Origin: Chloroherpetonaceae bacterium
GTDB lineage: Bacteria; Bacteroidota; Chlorobiia; Chlorobiales; Thermochlorobacteraceae
Direction: 5' to 3'
NCBI GenBank assembly: GCA_025056565.1
Contig: JANWWA010000003.1
Location: 100,263 to 164,262 of the forward strand
DNA: 64,000 nucleotides
Positions 1-8,743 of the stretch are shown one piece after another. The first letter of the stretch is position 1. Every line of letters starts with the position of its first letter. Under the pieces are notes generated by a model. The model saw only the letters and a list, made by a program, of their open reading frames with translations. It was not told the DNA's origin and searched no databases. The translations under genes and the position numbers were made by a program.

Positions 1-749
1 TGGAGTCACCAACGAATCCAATGCTTCGTCTCTCCGACCTGGCGGCGGTGGCAGAAATCGCAAAGCGCTATGGGCTGCTAATGGCGGTGGATAACACGTT
101 CGCAAGTCCGTATTTGCAAAATCCACTGGATTTCGGAGCCGATGTGGTGCTGCATAGTTCAACCAAGTATCTTGGTGGACACTCCGATATTGTGGGTGGC
201 GCATTAATGACCAATCATCCGCAGCTCTACGAACACTTCTGCTTTCAGCAAAAAGCAGTTGGCGCAGTGCCTTCACCATTCGATTGCTGGCTGTTGATGC
301 GCTCGGTCAAAACCCTTTCGCTACGGGTGCGAGAACAGTGCCAAAATGCGCAGGCAGTGGCGGAGTTTCTGTCGGAACAAGTGGGGATTGAGAAAGTGTA
401 TTACCCCGGCCTACCCTCTCATCCGCAGTATGAATTAGCCAAGCGCCAAATGCCAAGAGGATTCGGTGGTATCGTGTCGGTAGATTTAGGTTCTCGTCGC
501 CGTGTAGAGACCTTCATCAAACACTTAGAAATCTTCACCTTTGCAGAAAGTTTGGGCTGTGTGGAGAGCTTGGTGTGCTACCCATGGGAGATGACGCATG
601 CAGCGGTGCCCGTAGAGCGCCGCTTGCAACTCGGACTCACCGAAGGCTTAATTCGGCTCTCGGTAGGCATTGAGGATAAAGAGGATTTAATTGCTGACTT
701 GCAGACCGCACTGGCAAAGACCTTGCCTGAAACACAGTTAGCACGCTAA
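1..749 (+). CDS. Cys/Met-metabolism PLP-dependent enzyme (cystathionine gamma-synthase / gamma-lyase / beta-lyase family), 5' end cut by the window edge
   Basis: The reading frame is open from nt 3 (ESPTNPMLRLSDLAAV, matching the family E-[ST]-P-[TS]-NP motif). It contains the PLP-lysine motif HSSTKYLGGHSD and the C-terminal LIRLSVGIED signature. Confidence 0.85.
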   Translation, partial: ESPTNPMLRLSDLAAVAEIAKRYGLLMAVDNTFASPYLQNPLDFGADVVLHSSTKYLGGHSDIVGGALMTNHPQLYEHFCFQQKAVGAVPSPFDCWLLMRSVKTLSLRVREQCQNAQAVAEFLSEQVGIEKVYYPGLPSHPQYELAKRQMPRGFGGIVSVDLGSRRRVETFIKHLEIFTFAESLGCVESLVCYPWEMTHAAVPVERRLQLGLTEGLIRLSVGIEDKEDLIADLQTALAKTLPETQLAR

Positions 750-830
750 CAGAGTTTGGAGAGCAATACGATTGTGGCGACCTAATGTGCTGCGTCCACA
801 GCAGCAGAGGCTAGCACACCGTATTGCGCA

Positions 831-1190
831 ATGAATGACAACTCAATCAAAGAAGAAACGATGAACCCTGAACAACCGCAGCAACCGATTCAAATCAATA
901 TTGAGGTTGATGAAAAGACTGCAGAAGGCATTTATTCAAACTTTGTGTTAATCAATCACTCACCTGCAGAATTTGTAATAGACTTCACGCGGCTGTTGCC
1001 CGGCATTGCGAAAGCGAGGGTGAGTGCCAGAATTATTATGACGCCGCAGCATGCAAAGTCGCTACTCTTTGCGCTGCAAGATAATATCCAGAAGTATGAA
1101 AGCGTCTTTGGGCCGATTAAAATGCTGGGTGAAGAACCGTCACAGACCCAGATGGGCTTTCGCATTGACGGAAAAAACAAGCCATCGTGA
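831..1190 (+). CDS. DUF3467 domain protein
   Basis: The core NFVLINHSPAEFVIDFTRLLPG...ARIIMTPQHAKSLLFALQDNIQKYE matches my memory of the DUF3467 consensus. An alternative start lies at 861 (MNPEQ). Confidence 0.6.
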   Translation: MNDNSIKEETMNPEQPQQPIQINIEVDEKTAEGIYSNFVLINHSPAEFVIDFTRLLPGIAKARVSARIIMTPQHAKSLLFALQDNIQKYESVFGPIKMLGEEPSQTQMGFRIDGKNKPS

Positions 1191-1426
1191 AAGAAAGGAG
1201 TGCAAGAGCAAAATTACCAGCCGCTTTCAAGGTGCAGGGGCTATGGTAAGCGTCCTCCAATAGAGGCGTAGTGTATGCTATCTTGAATTGCGTTACTTCG
1301 CTGCTTTCTGCAGCAGAGGGAAAGGCACGCTGCGGAGTCGAGCAAAGGTCGGGCTGTAGAGCAAGATGCCTTAGAGAGGTCTTTCGTATATTGCCTCCGC
1401 ATAGCAGCAAAATGATGAGCATGTAG

Positions 1427-1939
1427 ATGAGACGCGTGGTTGTTGATGGATATAACTTGGCGCACAAGTTGGGCAAAAAGCTCTCGCGGCAGACCTTATC
1501 CAGTGTTCGCAGCGAGCTTGAGCAAGCATTGCAGCGCTATGCGATGCGCTATAACGCCAAAGTAACGCTAGTCTACGATGGGCGTGGTGTGATAGGGCGC
1601 TCGGAATCGTTGGGCATGCTGGAAGTGGTTTTTACGCCTTCTGGAGAAAGCGCAGATAAGCACATCAAAGCGCTGATTGACCAAGCGCCCTCGAAGGCAA
1701 GTCTGACTGTAGTGAGTTCAGACTGCAGCATTCGGCACTATGCAAAGGTGTCAGGAGTCGCAAGTGAGTCGGCTGAGACATTTCTGGAAGCGTTACGGCA
1801 TGTGGTCTTGCCGCCAGAAGAAAAGACAGTCCCAGAAGCCAAACCAGATGACTTAGATGCGAAGCCGAGCCAGCTGACTGATGAAGAAGTAGAGGAATGG
1901 AAAAAACTGTTTGGCGCATCAGTGCCGAAGAGTAAGTAG
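1427..1939 (+). CDS. NYN/PIN-like RNA-binding or ribonuclease protein, YacP (Rae1) family
   Basis: The N-terminus MRRVVVDGYNLAHK, followed by VTLVYDG and GESADKHIKALI...VVSSDCSIR, is the typical YacP-like NYN layout. Confidence 0.65.
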   Translation: MRRVVVDGYNLAHKLGKKLSRQTLSSVRSELEQALQRYAMRYNAKVTLVYDGRGVIGRSESLGMLEVVFTPSGESADKHIKALIDQAPSKASLTVVSSDCSIRHYAKVSGVASESAETFLEALRHVVLPPEEKTVPEAKPDDLDAKPSQLTDEEVEEWKKLFGASVPKSK

Positions 1940-1989
1940 CACTGCACGGTGTTGAAAAATCGACCTGAAGGTAAAGTTGCTTTTTTGCT

Positions 1990-2733
1990 ATGAAAAATTC
2001 TCAAGCTATTCTCTTCAGCCTTGATGTGCTCACCAAGCAGCGAACCGAATGTGAAGAAACGCGTGAGCTGTATATGGAAATTTCGGCGGCACAATTTCCT
2101 CATCTGCATAAACATCTGGCACTTTATGACATTCAAAAGATTGCGGAATCATCGCTCATCGTGTTCAATGCATGCGTAGAGCAAACGATGATGCGCGACT
2201 TACGAGCGCCGAATCTGGCGGTGATTGTGGGGCGAGCTATTGCACAGGCCCTGCATCGTGAAGCCACAATTGAAGAGATTACAGAGGTGATGATGGTGGC
2301 GCGACGAATGATGAACTTTTCACTCTCACGGCGCTTTGCTGCCTGTCTGATTGCTTTGCAGAAAAGCGGGTATATGCTGGGGATTGTTGCAAATAGCCCT
2401 CTTTCGGCTTTTATTTTGGCTGATGCATTTGAAGATATGGGGATTGTGCGCCGATTCGAGACCATCATTACCTCCAGCGATGCGGGATACTTTAAGCCCA
2501 GTCCCAAGATTTTCCAGCTGGCAATCGAGTCTATGCGGTGCGCTGAGGAAAATGTAATTGTAGTCGGCTCCAACTTGGAGCGAGACCTTTTGCCTGTAGA
2601 GCAGATGGCTGTCAAGAAAGTGTATATCAACAACTACCGAAAACGGCAGCGCTTGCCCAAAGGATTTTATCGCCTCTCTGCCTTAGAAGAACTCCCCTCG
2701 CTGGATATGAAGAAACTCTCGCGAGGCGATTAG
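1990..2733 (+). CDS. HAD-superfamily fold protein with degenerate catalytic motifs
   Basis: HAD motif III region SSDAGYFKPSPKIFQLAIE and a motif IV-like VVGSNLERDL are present. Motif I reads ILFSLDVLT instead of hhhDxDGT. Confidence 0.6.
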   Translation: MKNSQAILFSLDVLTKQRTECEETRELYMEISAAQFPHLHKHLALYDIQKIAESSLIVFNACVEQTMMRDLRAPNLAVIVGRAIAQALHREATIEEITEVMMVARRMMNFSLSRRFAACLIALQKSGYMLGIVANSPLSAFILADAFEDMGIVRRFETIITSSDAGYFKPSPKIFQLAIESMRCAEENVIVVGSNLERDLLPVEQMAVKKVYINNYRKRQRLPKGFYRLSALEELPSLDMKKLSRGD

Positions 2734-2752
2734 CGCTCCAACAGCTACGACC

Positions 2753-3826
2753 ATGCGCATCTTTTGGAGAATCGTCTCAAAACTTCTTTTCCTGCTCTTT
2801 ATGCTGGGTGTGGTGGCACTGGCATTTGCATATATGTATCTCTTCAAATCGTCGCTCAACTCCGTGCACTACGATCAACCCAAGCTGGTTAAAATTCATC
2901 GTGGGATGACTTTTTCGCAAATCGTGTCGGAACTGCAGAAAGAGGGCGTTATCAAGCATGCGCTTCCTTTGCAAATTGTGGCACGCTTTATGCCAGAGCT
3001 AACCAACATCAAGCCTGGGCGATACTATATTCCAAGCGGAATGACCAGCGTCGAGCTGCTGCGTTTTATGTATTCACGCAAGCAGGATGAGGTGCGCATT
3101 CGCATTCCAGAAGTCTCGCGCGGTGCACAGGTGGCGCAAATTATCGGGCAAAATCTGGATATTGATTCAGCAACCTTTATGCGTGCCTTTACCAGCAAAG
3201 AACTGCTCCGAGAACTGGGCGTCGATGCACCGAACTTTGAAGGCTACTTTCTTGCTAATACTTACAACCTGCCCTGGTCTTCGACAGCCGAAGATGTAAT
3301 TCGCTTCTTTGTGAAAGAATTGCGCAAAGTGTTTAACGATAGCTTGCGAGAAGTGGCGCGTAAAAGGGGGCTAACAGAAGTAGAAGTCCTAACGCTTGCG
3401 TCTATCGTGGAAGCAGAAACGAGCTTACCATCGGAGCGCCCACTGGTGGCAAGCGTCTATCTCAATCGCTTGGAGAGAGGTATGCTGCTGCAAGCAGACC
3501 CAACTTTCATCTATGCAGCTATGCTCGAGAACGACTACGATGGCAACCCTAACAATCCCAAACACCGCAAGCGCGACTCGCCCTACAACACATATCTCTA
3601 TCGCGGACTGCCGCCCGGCCCAATTGGCAACCCAACCAAAGAATCTATTTTGGCGGTGCTTAACCCTGCTAAGACACCCTATCTTTTTTTTGTCGCAACT
3701 GGATACGGCGGACACCGATTTGCTGAGACCGCTGAAGAACACGCAGCCAATGCCGCACGCTACTATGCACGCCGCAAAGAGCTGCGCGATAGCCTCAGAG
3801 CCTTGCAGCATGCATTAGACAACTAA
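2753..3826 (+). CDS. mltG: Endolytic murein transglycosylase MltG (YceG family)
   Basis: An N-terminal TM helix is followed by the YceG core ASIVEAETSLPSERPLVASVYLNRLERGMLLQADPT, NTYLYRGLPPGPIGNP and LFFVATGYGGHRF. Confidence 0.85.
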   Translation: MRIFWRIVSKLLFLLFMLGVVALAFAYMYLFKSSLNSVHYDQPKLVKIHRGMTFSQIVSELQKEGVIKHALPLQIVARFMPELTNIKPGRYYIPSGMTSVELLRFMYSRKQDEVRIRIPEVSRGAQVAQIIGQNLDIDSATFMRAFTSKELLRELGVDAPNFEGYFLANTYNLPWSSTAEDVIRFFVKELRKVFNDSLREVARKRGLTEVEVLTLASIVEAETSLPSERPLVASVYLNRLERGMLLQADPTFIYAAMLENDYDGNPNNPKHRKRDSPYNTYLYRGLPPGPIGNPTKESILAVLNPAKTPYLFFVATGYGGHRFAETAEEHAANAARYYARRKELRDSLRALQHALDN

Positions 3827-3839
3827 AAAACCGACTACT

Positions 3840-4208
3840 ATGGCACGCTCGCTCTACAAGGATGACTGCATTTTTTGCAAAATCGCAGCAGAAAAAATCC
3901 CGTCGAAAAAAGTGATAAGCACGGACAAAGTTGTTGCCTTTCACGACATTAATCCTGTTGCACCCGTGCATATTCTGATTGTCCCGAAAATTCATATTGA
4001 GACGCTGAACGACCTAACTGCTGACGATGCAGAACTGGTCGGGAGCCTATTTATCGCTGCAAAAGACATTGCCAAGTCGCTAGAAATTGCGGAGAGCGGA
4101 TATCGAACCGTTGTGAACTGCAACCGTGAGGGTGGACAGACGGTCTTTCATTTGCATGTGCATCTTATTGCAGGTAAGCCAATGGGCTGGCCGCCGTTCC
4201 CGATGTGA
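3840..4208 (+). CDS. HIT-family (histidine triad) nucleotide hydrolase
   Basis: Shows CIFCKI near the N-terminus, VAFHDINPVAPVHILIVPK, and the histidine triad HLHVHLIAG. Confidence 0.85.
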   Translation: MARSLYKDDCIFCKIAAEKIPSKKVISTDKVVAFHDINPVAPVHILIVPKIHIETLNDLTADDAELVGSLFIAAKDIAKSLEIAESGYRTVVNCNREGGQTVFHLHVHLIAGKPMGWPPFPM

Positions 4209-4262
4209 TGTAATGAAAGGTGGAATTGCTATTTTGCAGGCACAAAAAATGCCGTATCTTCT

Positions 4263-4598
4263 ATGGCAACGGAGAACTTGCGCATTGCACAGCTAAGAAA
4301 GTTTTTGGAAAAAGACCCGAACGATTCATTTTCACGCTATGCGCTAGCGTTGGAACTTCTGAATGCGAACCAGTTGCAAGAGGCGCAGAGCGAGTTTGAA
4401 ACCTTGCTCCAAAACGACCCAAACTACACGGCAACCTACTACCATTTGGGAAAACTTTACGAAAAACAAGGTCATCCTGAAAAAGCCAAGGCACTCTACG
4501 AAAAGGGAATTCTCCTAACGCAGCAGCAAGGAGATGCACACGCTAACAAGGAACTGCGTGAAGCGCTCTTTATGCTGACAGGGGGCGATGACGATTGA
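4263..4598 (+). CDS. Small TPR-repeat protein
   Basis: TPR-like repeats are visible (YALALELLNANQLQEAQSEFETLLQNDPNYTATYYHLGKLYEKQGHPEKAKALYEKG). Confidence 0.6.
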   Translation: MATENLRIAQLRKFLEKDPNDSFSRYALALELLNANQLQEAQSEFETLLQNDPNYTATYYHLGKLYEKQGHPEKAKALYEKGILLTQQQGDAHANKELREALFMLTGGDDD

Positions 4599-4631
4599 GG
4601 CGCATAAACTAAACCCAAAAGGAGCAACTCT

Positions 4632-7298
4632 ATGAAACGCATTTTCTCTTTTGCCTTAGGGATGTTCTTTCTTTTTGCGCTTCAAGTCGGACAAAGCCAA
4701 GCGCAGGAGCGGCAGCTTACGGTAACAACCTCGCCTGCTAAAGAAGGAGAACCTTTTGAAATTCGTATCGGCCCGCCACAAGACCTCTCCATTAGCCGTG
4801 CAGTCGCACGCATTCGCATCTATGGTACATCGGACTATCGTGTCGTGGAGGCTCAGCCTGAGGGGAATGTGTTTGTAGTGCGCATTCCAGGCGACGAAGT
4901 CGAGCCACCTGCGATTGAGTTTTATGTGGTGGCACAAATGGTCGATGGCTCAAGACTAACCTACCCTGCCATTTCGCCAGAAACCACACCCGCCAGTGTA
5001 ACCGTCACTCCAAAGCCTGAAGACCCGAGATTGATTCTCATCTCGCCAGAGCGAAATGCAGTAGTTTCGGAAGATGAGCTAATCATCTCGTTTTCATTTT
5101 ATCGGATAAGTGACCAAGTGGACCGCAGCAAAATTCAGCTGTTCTACGATGGCGTAGATGTGACGCAGCGCGCCGTGATTTCAGAGAACATGATTACGTA
5201 TGTGCCCGACCGCCCACGTCCGGGACGAAGCAGAGCAGCGGTGGTGGTACGGAATGCCGAGGGCGTGGTCATTGCGACAAACACCGTGGTCTTTACGGTG
5301 CTAAGCCGCACGGAGGTGGGCGTGCCACAGCTTAGCGAGGCAGAGAAAAGAAAAGTGCGCTTTACTTCGCAGAATGCCGCAGAACTGCGCAGCGAGCGCA
5401 TTAACGATTCTACGATTAACTATGCCCGTCTCAACCTGAGCTTTGATGCAACGCTGAATTTTGTCGAAGTAGGGGCGCAAGTCTATGTCACAAATGAAAA
5501 CCAAGCATTTCGCCAGCCTGCCAATCGCTTCTTAGGGCGACTAAGCATTCCATTTTTGGAAGTAAAGGCAGGTGATGTCTTCCCTGAATACACTTACTAC
5601 CTCAGCAATGGGGTGCGGGTGCGCGGAGTAGAAGTAACAGCGACGCCAGGTCCTATACGTGCCACAGTGCTGGTCGGCAATGCAGCCGAAGCCGTTGAGG
5701 CACAGTTCATCGGTGGGCGCGTAACGATTCCTGTTACACCTTCGCCTGGGCGATTGGATTCTATTAACGCGCTGTTGCAGCGCGGCTTTGTGCGCATTGA
5801 TTCCAGTGCAGCAGGCGAGACATTTCAGCAGCGCACCGCTGTAGGCGCATTTGCACGCAATATGTTTGCAGCCGTAGCAGGCTTCAACACCCCATTTGTG
5901 CGATTTAACTTGCAAGTATTACGCGGCAGCGACGACATTACAGGGCTAAACCGATTGCAGATTCTCAGTCGTGGCGTGGCGCCGCAGCAAAATGTGGCAA
6001 TTGGTGGCAGTATGAAGGTTATTCCTGTGGCAGGTCTTGCAGAGATTTTTGCTGATTTTGGCTTCTCGCTCACAAATCGCGACATCACGGACGGCAGCTT
6101 GTCGCCAAGAGAGCTGGATCAATTGACGGGTAATGTGGGGCTTGCTAATCGGCTGCAGCTCATTCCGATTATTGGCAGTTACGACAATCTGACGCGGATT
6201 ATCACAATCAATAAAAACCTGACGCCGCTCCTACCGATTGACCTTTCTTCACTGGCTTTCCGAGCAGGCGGAGAGCTGACCATTCGGGAGATTGGCAACA
6301 CGCTACGTGCGGAGTATCTGCGGCAGGGGGCGCAGTTTAATTCATTCGGACTAGCATTCTACTTACCTGATGTGCAAGGCTTCCGCGTAAGCGACCGTTT
6401 GCGCATTTGGGACAACCGCATTTTGCTTTCTGCGGCGTTTGAATCACTCAGCGACAATCTCTTGCGCCAACGCGATCGCGTGCTGCGCACAGGGGGCACA
6501 CTGGACGCAACAACTACTCGCTCGCTCTTCCGATTTGGCGGTGCATATTTCCCAACAGATGACTGGCCTAACATTCGCTTGGAGTTTCAGTTGCAGAACA
6601 ACAAGAACAACATCCCAGCGACTTTTCGCGACAGTGTTGGCGCTGGAGCGACCGCCCGCCTTGAGAACATTAGCGGACTGGCGCTTCAAAACGATAACTC
6701 AACTATCACGGTCGTAGCTGACCTTCAGAAAACCTTTGTCATCAAGGAGCAGCCTCTTTTGAACAGCGTAACGGCGGGGCTGACAGCGATTGTTTCCAAT
6801 CGCAGAGATAACCGCGACCTCACGCTTCGGTCAGGCGTGCTATACTCGCCAGCAGATAGCGAGCAAGTCTCGCAAGACTTCTCAAGCCGCTCAATTACGC
6901 TGTCAGGCATTTTTGCCTTTAGCATTCCGCTGCGTCTGAATGTGAATGTCACTAACCAGCTCAGTGAATTTTTTGTCTCAGATATGGTGCAAGTAGGTGG
7001 CACAATGCGAAGGGGGGCAGCGCTCCGCTCACAAGCCTTTACTTCAATCGACATATCCGCTGGCTATGGTTTTGTCAATAACACCTTGCGCCCGACGGCA
7101 CGCTTGAACCTCATCTTTGGCAATTTCCCACGCGCACAGATAGGGCTGAATGTGCTTTATGATGTAACGCAATCTATTCAAGTCTCGGGTGATGTAGCTG
7201 CCTTTTTCGTGCAGGCGGCTAATGTGAATGGCGTAGCAGTTCGTCAAACAACTGACCTGATTGCGGCACTACGCGTGCAAGCGGTGTTTGGCAATTAG
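4632..7298 (+). CDS. Large secreted or outer-membrane protein of unknown family (N-terminal Ig-like region, long beta-strand-rich C-terminal part)
   Basis: AGGAG RBS 8 nt upstream. Cleavable signal peptide MKRIFSFALGMFFLFALQVGQSQAQE. Residues about 130-225 resemble a bacterial Ig-like (SbsA/Big_5-type) domain. The rest has alternating hydrophobic patterns rich in G, N, R, T and S. No family is recognised. Confidence 0.6.
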   Translation: MKRIFSFALGMFFLFALQVGQSQAQERQLTVTTSPAKEGEPFEIRIGPPQDLSISRAVARIRIYGTSDYRVVEAQPEGNVFVVRIPGDEVEPPAIEFYVVAQMVDGSRLTYPAISPETTPASVTVTPKPEDPRLILISPERNAVVSEDELIISFSFYRISDQVDRSKIQLFYDGVDVTQRAVISENMITYVPDRPRPGRSRAAVVVRNAEGVVIATNTVVFTVLSRTEVGVPQLSEAEKRKVRFTSQNAAELRSERINDSTINYARLNLSFDATLNFVEVGAQVYVTNENQAFRQPANRFLGRLSIPFLEVKAGDVFPEYTYYLSNGVRVRGVEVTATPGPIRATVLVGNAAEAVEAQFIGGRVTIPVTPSPGRLDSINALLQRGFVRIDSSAAGETFQQRTAVGAFARNMFAAVAGFNTPFVRFNLQVLRGSDDITGLNRLQILSRGVAPQQNVAIGGSMKVIPVAGLAEIFADFGFSLTNRDITDGSLSPRELDQLTGNVGLANRLQLIPIIGSYDNLTRIITINKNLTPLLPIDLSSLAFRAGGELTIREIGNTLRAEYLRQGAQFNSFGLAFYLPDVQGFRVSDRLRIWDNRILLSAAFESLSDNLLRQRDRVLRTGGTLDATTTRSLFRFGGAYFPTDDWPNIRLEFQLQNNKNNIPATFRDSVGAGATARLENISGLALQNDNSTITVVADLQKTFVIKEQPLLNSVTAGLTAIVSNRRDNRDLTLRSGVLYSPADSEQVSQDFSSRSITLSGIFAFSIPLRLNVNVTNQLSEFFVSDMVQVGGTMRRGAALRSQAFTSIDISAGYGFVNNTLRPTARLNLIFGNFPRAQIGLNVLYDVTQSIQVSGDVAAFFVQAANVNGVAVRQTTDLIAALRVQAVFGN

Positions 7299-7365
7299 GC
7301 AATCAATTTGCTGAGCGATTTCGTAGAAGCCATAAGGCAAGTTTGACCGAAGGAGGAAACAAACG

Positions 7366-8694
7366 ATGAACTTTAATCCGAACAAATTTACGCTGCGTGC
7401 GCAAGAGGCGTTCCAAGATGCGGCGGAGAAAGCCAGTCAAAATCAGCATCAACAAATAGAGCCAGAGCATCTGCTTTGGGCATTGCTATCCAAGCGTGAA
7501 AACATTGTCTTCCAGCTTTGCGAAAAGATGGGCGTGCAGACCGAGATGCTGCTGTCCATTTTGGAGCGTGAAATTGACCGATTTCCAAAAGTAACAGGCG
7601 CATCGGTCTCAGGACAGTATTTGTCGCAAAACCTTGCCAAGATTCTCGATAGCGCTGCGAGCATTGCTGACTCAATGAAAGATGAATTTATCGGCTCGGA
7701 GCATCTCTTTTTGGCAATGGTTGACTCGCAGCACAAAGTGGGGCGCATTCTGAAAGATGCCGGTGCAAGCCGCGACAAAACGCTGCAAGCCTTAGCCACC
7801 ATTCGTGGCGCGCAGCGCATCACCGACCCAAATGCCGAAGACCGTTACAATGCGCTAAAAAAGTATTCACGCGACCTCAACGACCTTGCACGCAAAGGCA
7901 AGTTAGACCCCGTGATTGGACGCGATGAGGAGATTCGCCGTGTACTGCAGATTCTCTCGCGCCGCACGAAAAACAACCCTGTGCTGATTGGTGAGCCAGG
8001 TGTCGGTAAAACGGCAATCGTCGAAGGCATTGCGCAGCGCATTGTAGCAGGCGATGTGCCTGAGAATCTCAAGACCAAGCGCATTCACGCGCTGGATGTC
8101 GCAGCGTTGGTAGCAGGCACGAAGTTTCGCGGCGACTTCGAAGAACGGCTCAAAGCAATTGTCAATGAAGTGCAGCAGTCAGACGGCGAAATTATCCTCT
8201 TCATTGATGAAATCCATTTGCTGGTAGGCGCGGGAGCAACGGAAGGTGGCTCAATGGATGCCGCAAATATTTTGAAACCAGCACTTGCGCGTGGTGAGCT
8301 TCGTGCAATTGGTGCGACCACGCTGGACGAGTATCGCAAGTATATTGAAAAAGATGCTGCGCTGGAGCGGCGCTTCCAAACTGTGTTCGTGCAAGAACCC
8401 AGCGTAGAAGACACGATTTCCATCTTACGCGGGCTAAAAGAAAAATACGAGATTCATCACGGCGTGCGCATCACCGATGCGGCGATTGTAGCTGCCGCTG
8501 AACTCTCAAACCGATACATCTCCGATAGATTCTTGCCTGACAAGGCAATTGACCTGATTGATGAAGCGTCTTCCAAGTTGCGTCTGGAAATTGACAGCGT
8601 GCCAGAAGAGCTGGATAGGATTAATCGAGAGATTCGTCGCCTTGAAATCGAGCGCGAGGCCTTGAAACGCGAGCTGGAAGCAAGTAAAACTTAG
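7366..8694 (+). CDS. clpB: ClpB-family AAA+ chaperone, N-terminal half only (N-domain, NBD1, first M-domain helix); truncated gene or pseudogene
   Basis: GGAGG RBS. Clp N repeats, Walker A GEPGVGKT, Walker [15 protein letters not shown] and [35 protein letters not shown] are present. The ORF stops at [10 protein letters not shown], where full-length ClpB (about 860 aa) continues with the M-domain and NBD2. Confidence 0.8.
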   Translation: MNFNPNKFTLRAQEAFQDAAEKASQNQHQQIEPEHLLWALLSKRENIVFQLCEKMGVQTEMLLSILEREIDRFPKVTGASVSGQYLSQNLAKILDSAASIADSMKDEFIGSEHLFLAMVDSQHKVGRILKDAGASRDKTLQALATIRGAQRITDPNAEDRYNALKKYSRDLNDLARKGKLDPVIGRDEEIRRVLQILSRRTKNNPVLIGEPGVGKTAIVEGIAQRIVAGDVPENLKTKRIHALDVAALVAGTKFRGDFEERLKAIVNEVQQSDGEIILFIDEIHLLVGAGATEGGSMDAANILKPALARGELRAIGATTLDEYRKYIEKDAALERRFQTVFVQEPSVEDTISILRGLKEKYEIHHGVRITDAAIVAAAELSNRYISDRFLPDKAIDLIDEASSKLRLEIDSVPEELDRINREIRRLEIEREALKRELEASKT

Positions 8695-8743
8695 TGCAGC
8701 AGCAAAGCTGTGGATAGCAAACGCACACATTGCAAGGCTAACG

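Noticed and set aside
1191-1426. 236-nt intergenic region between the DUF3467 and NYN genes, checked for an ncRNA or riboswitch
   Set aside because: I could see only short weak hairpins such as GCTGC-TTTCT-GCAGC. There is no recognisable riboswitch, 6S, SRP, RNase P or tmRNA signature. A covariance-model scan would be needed to say more.
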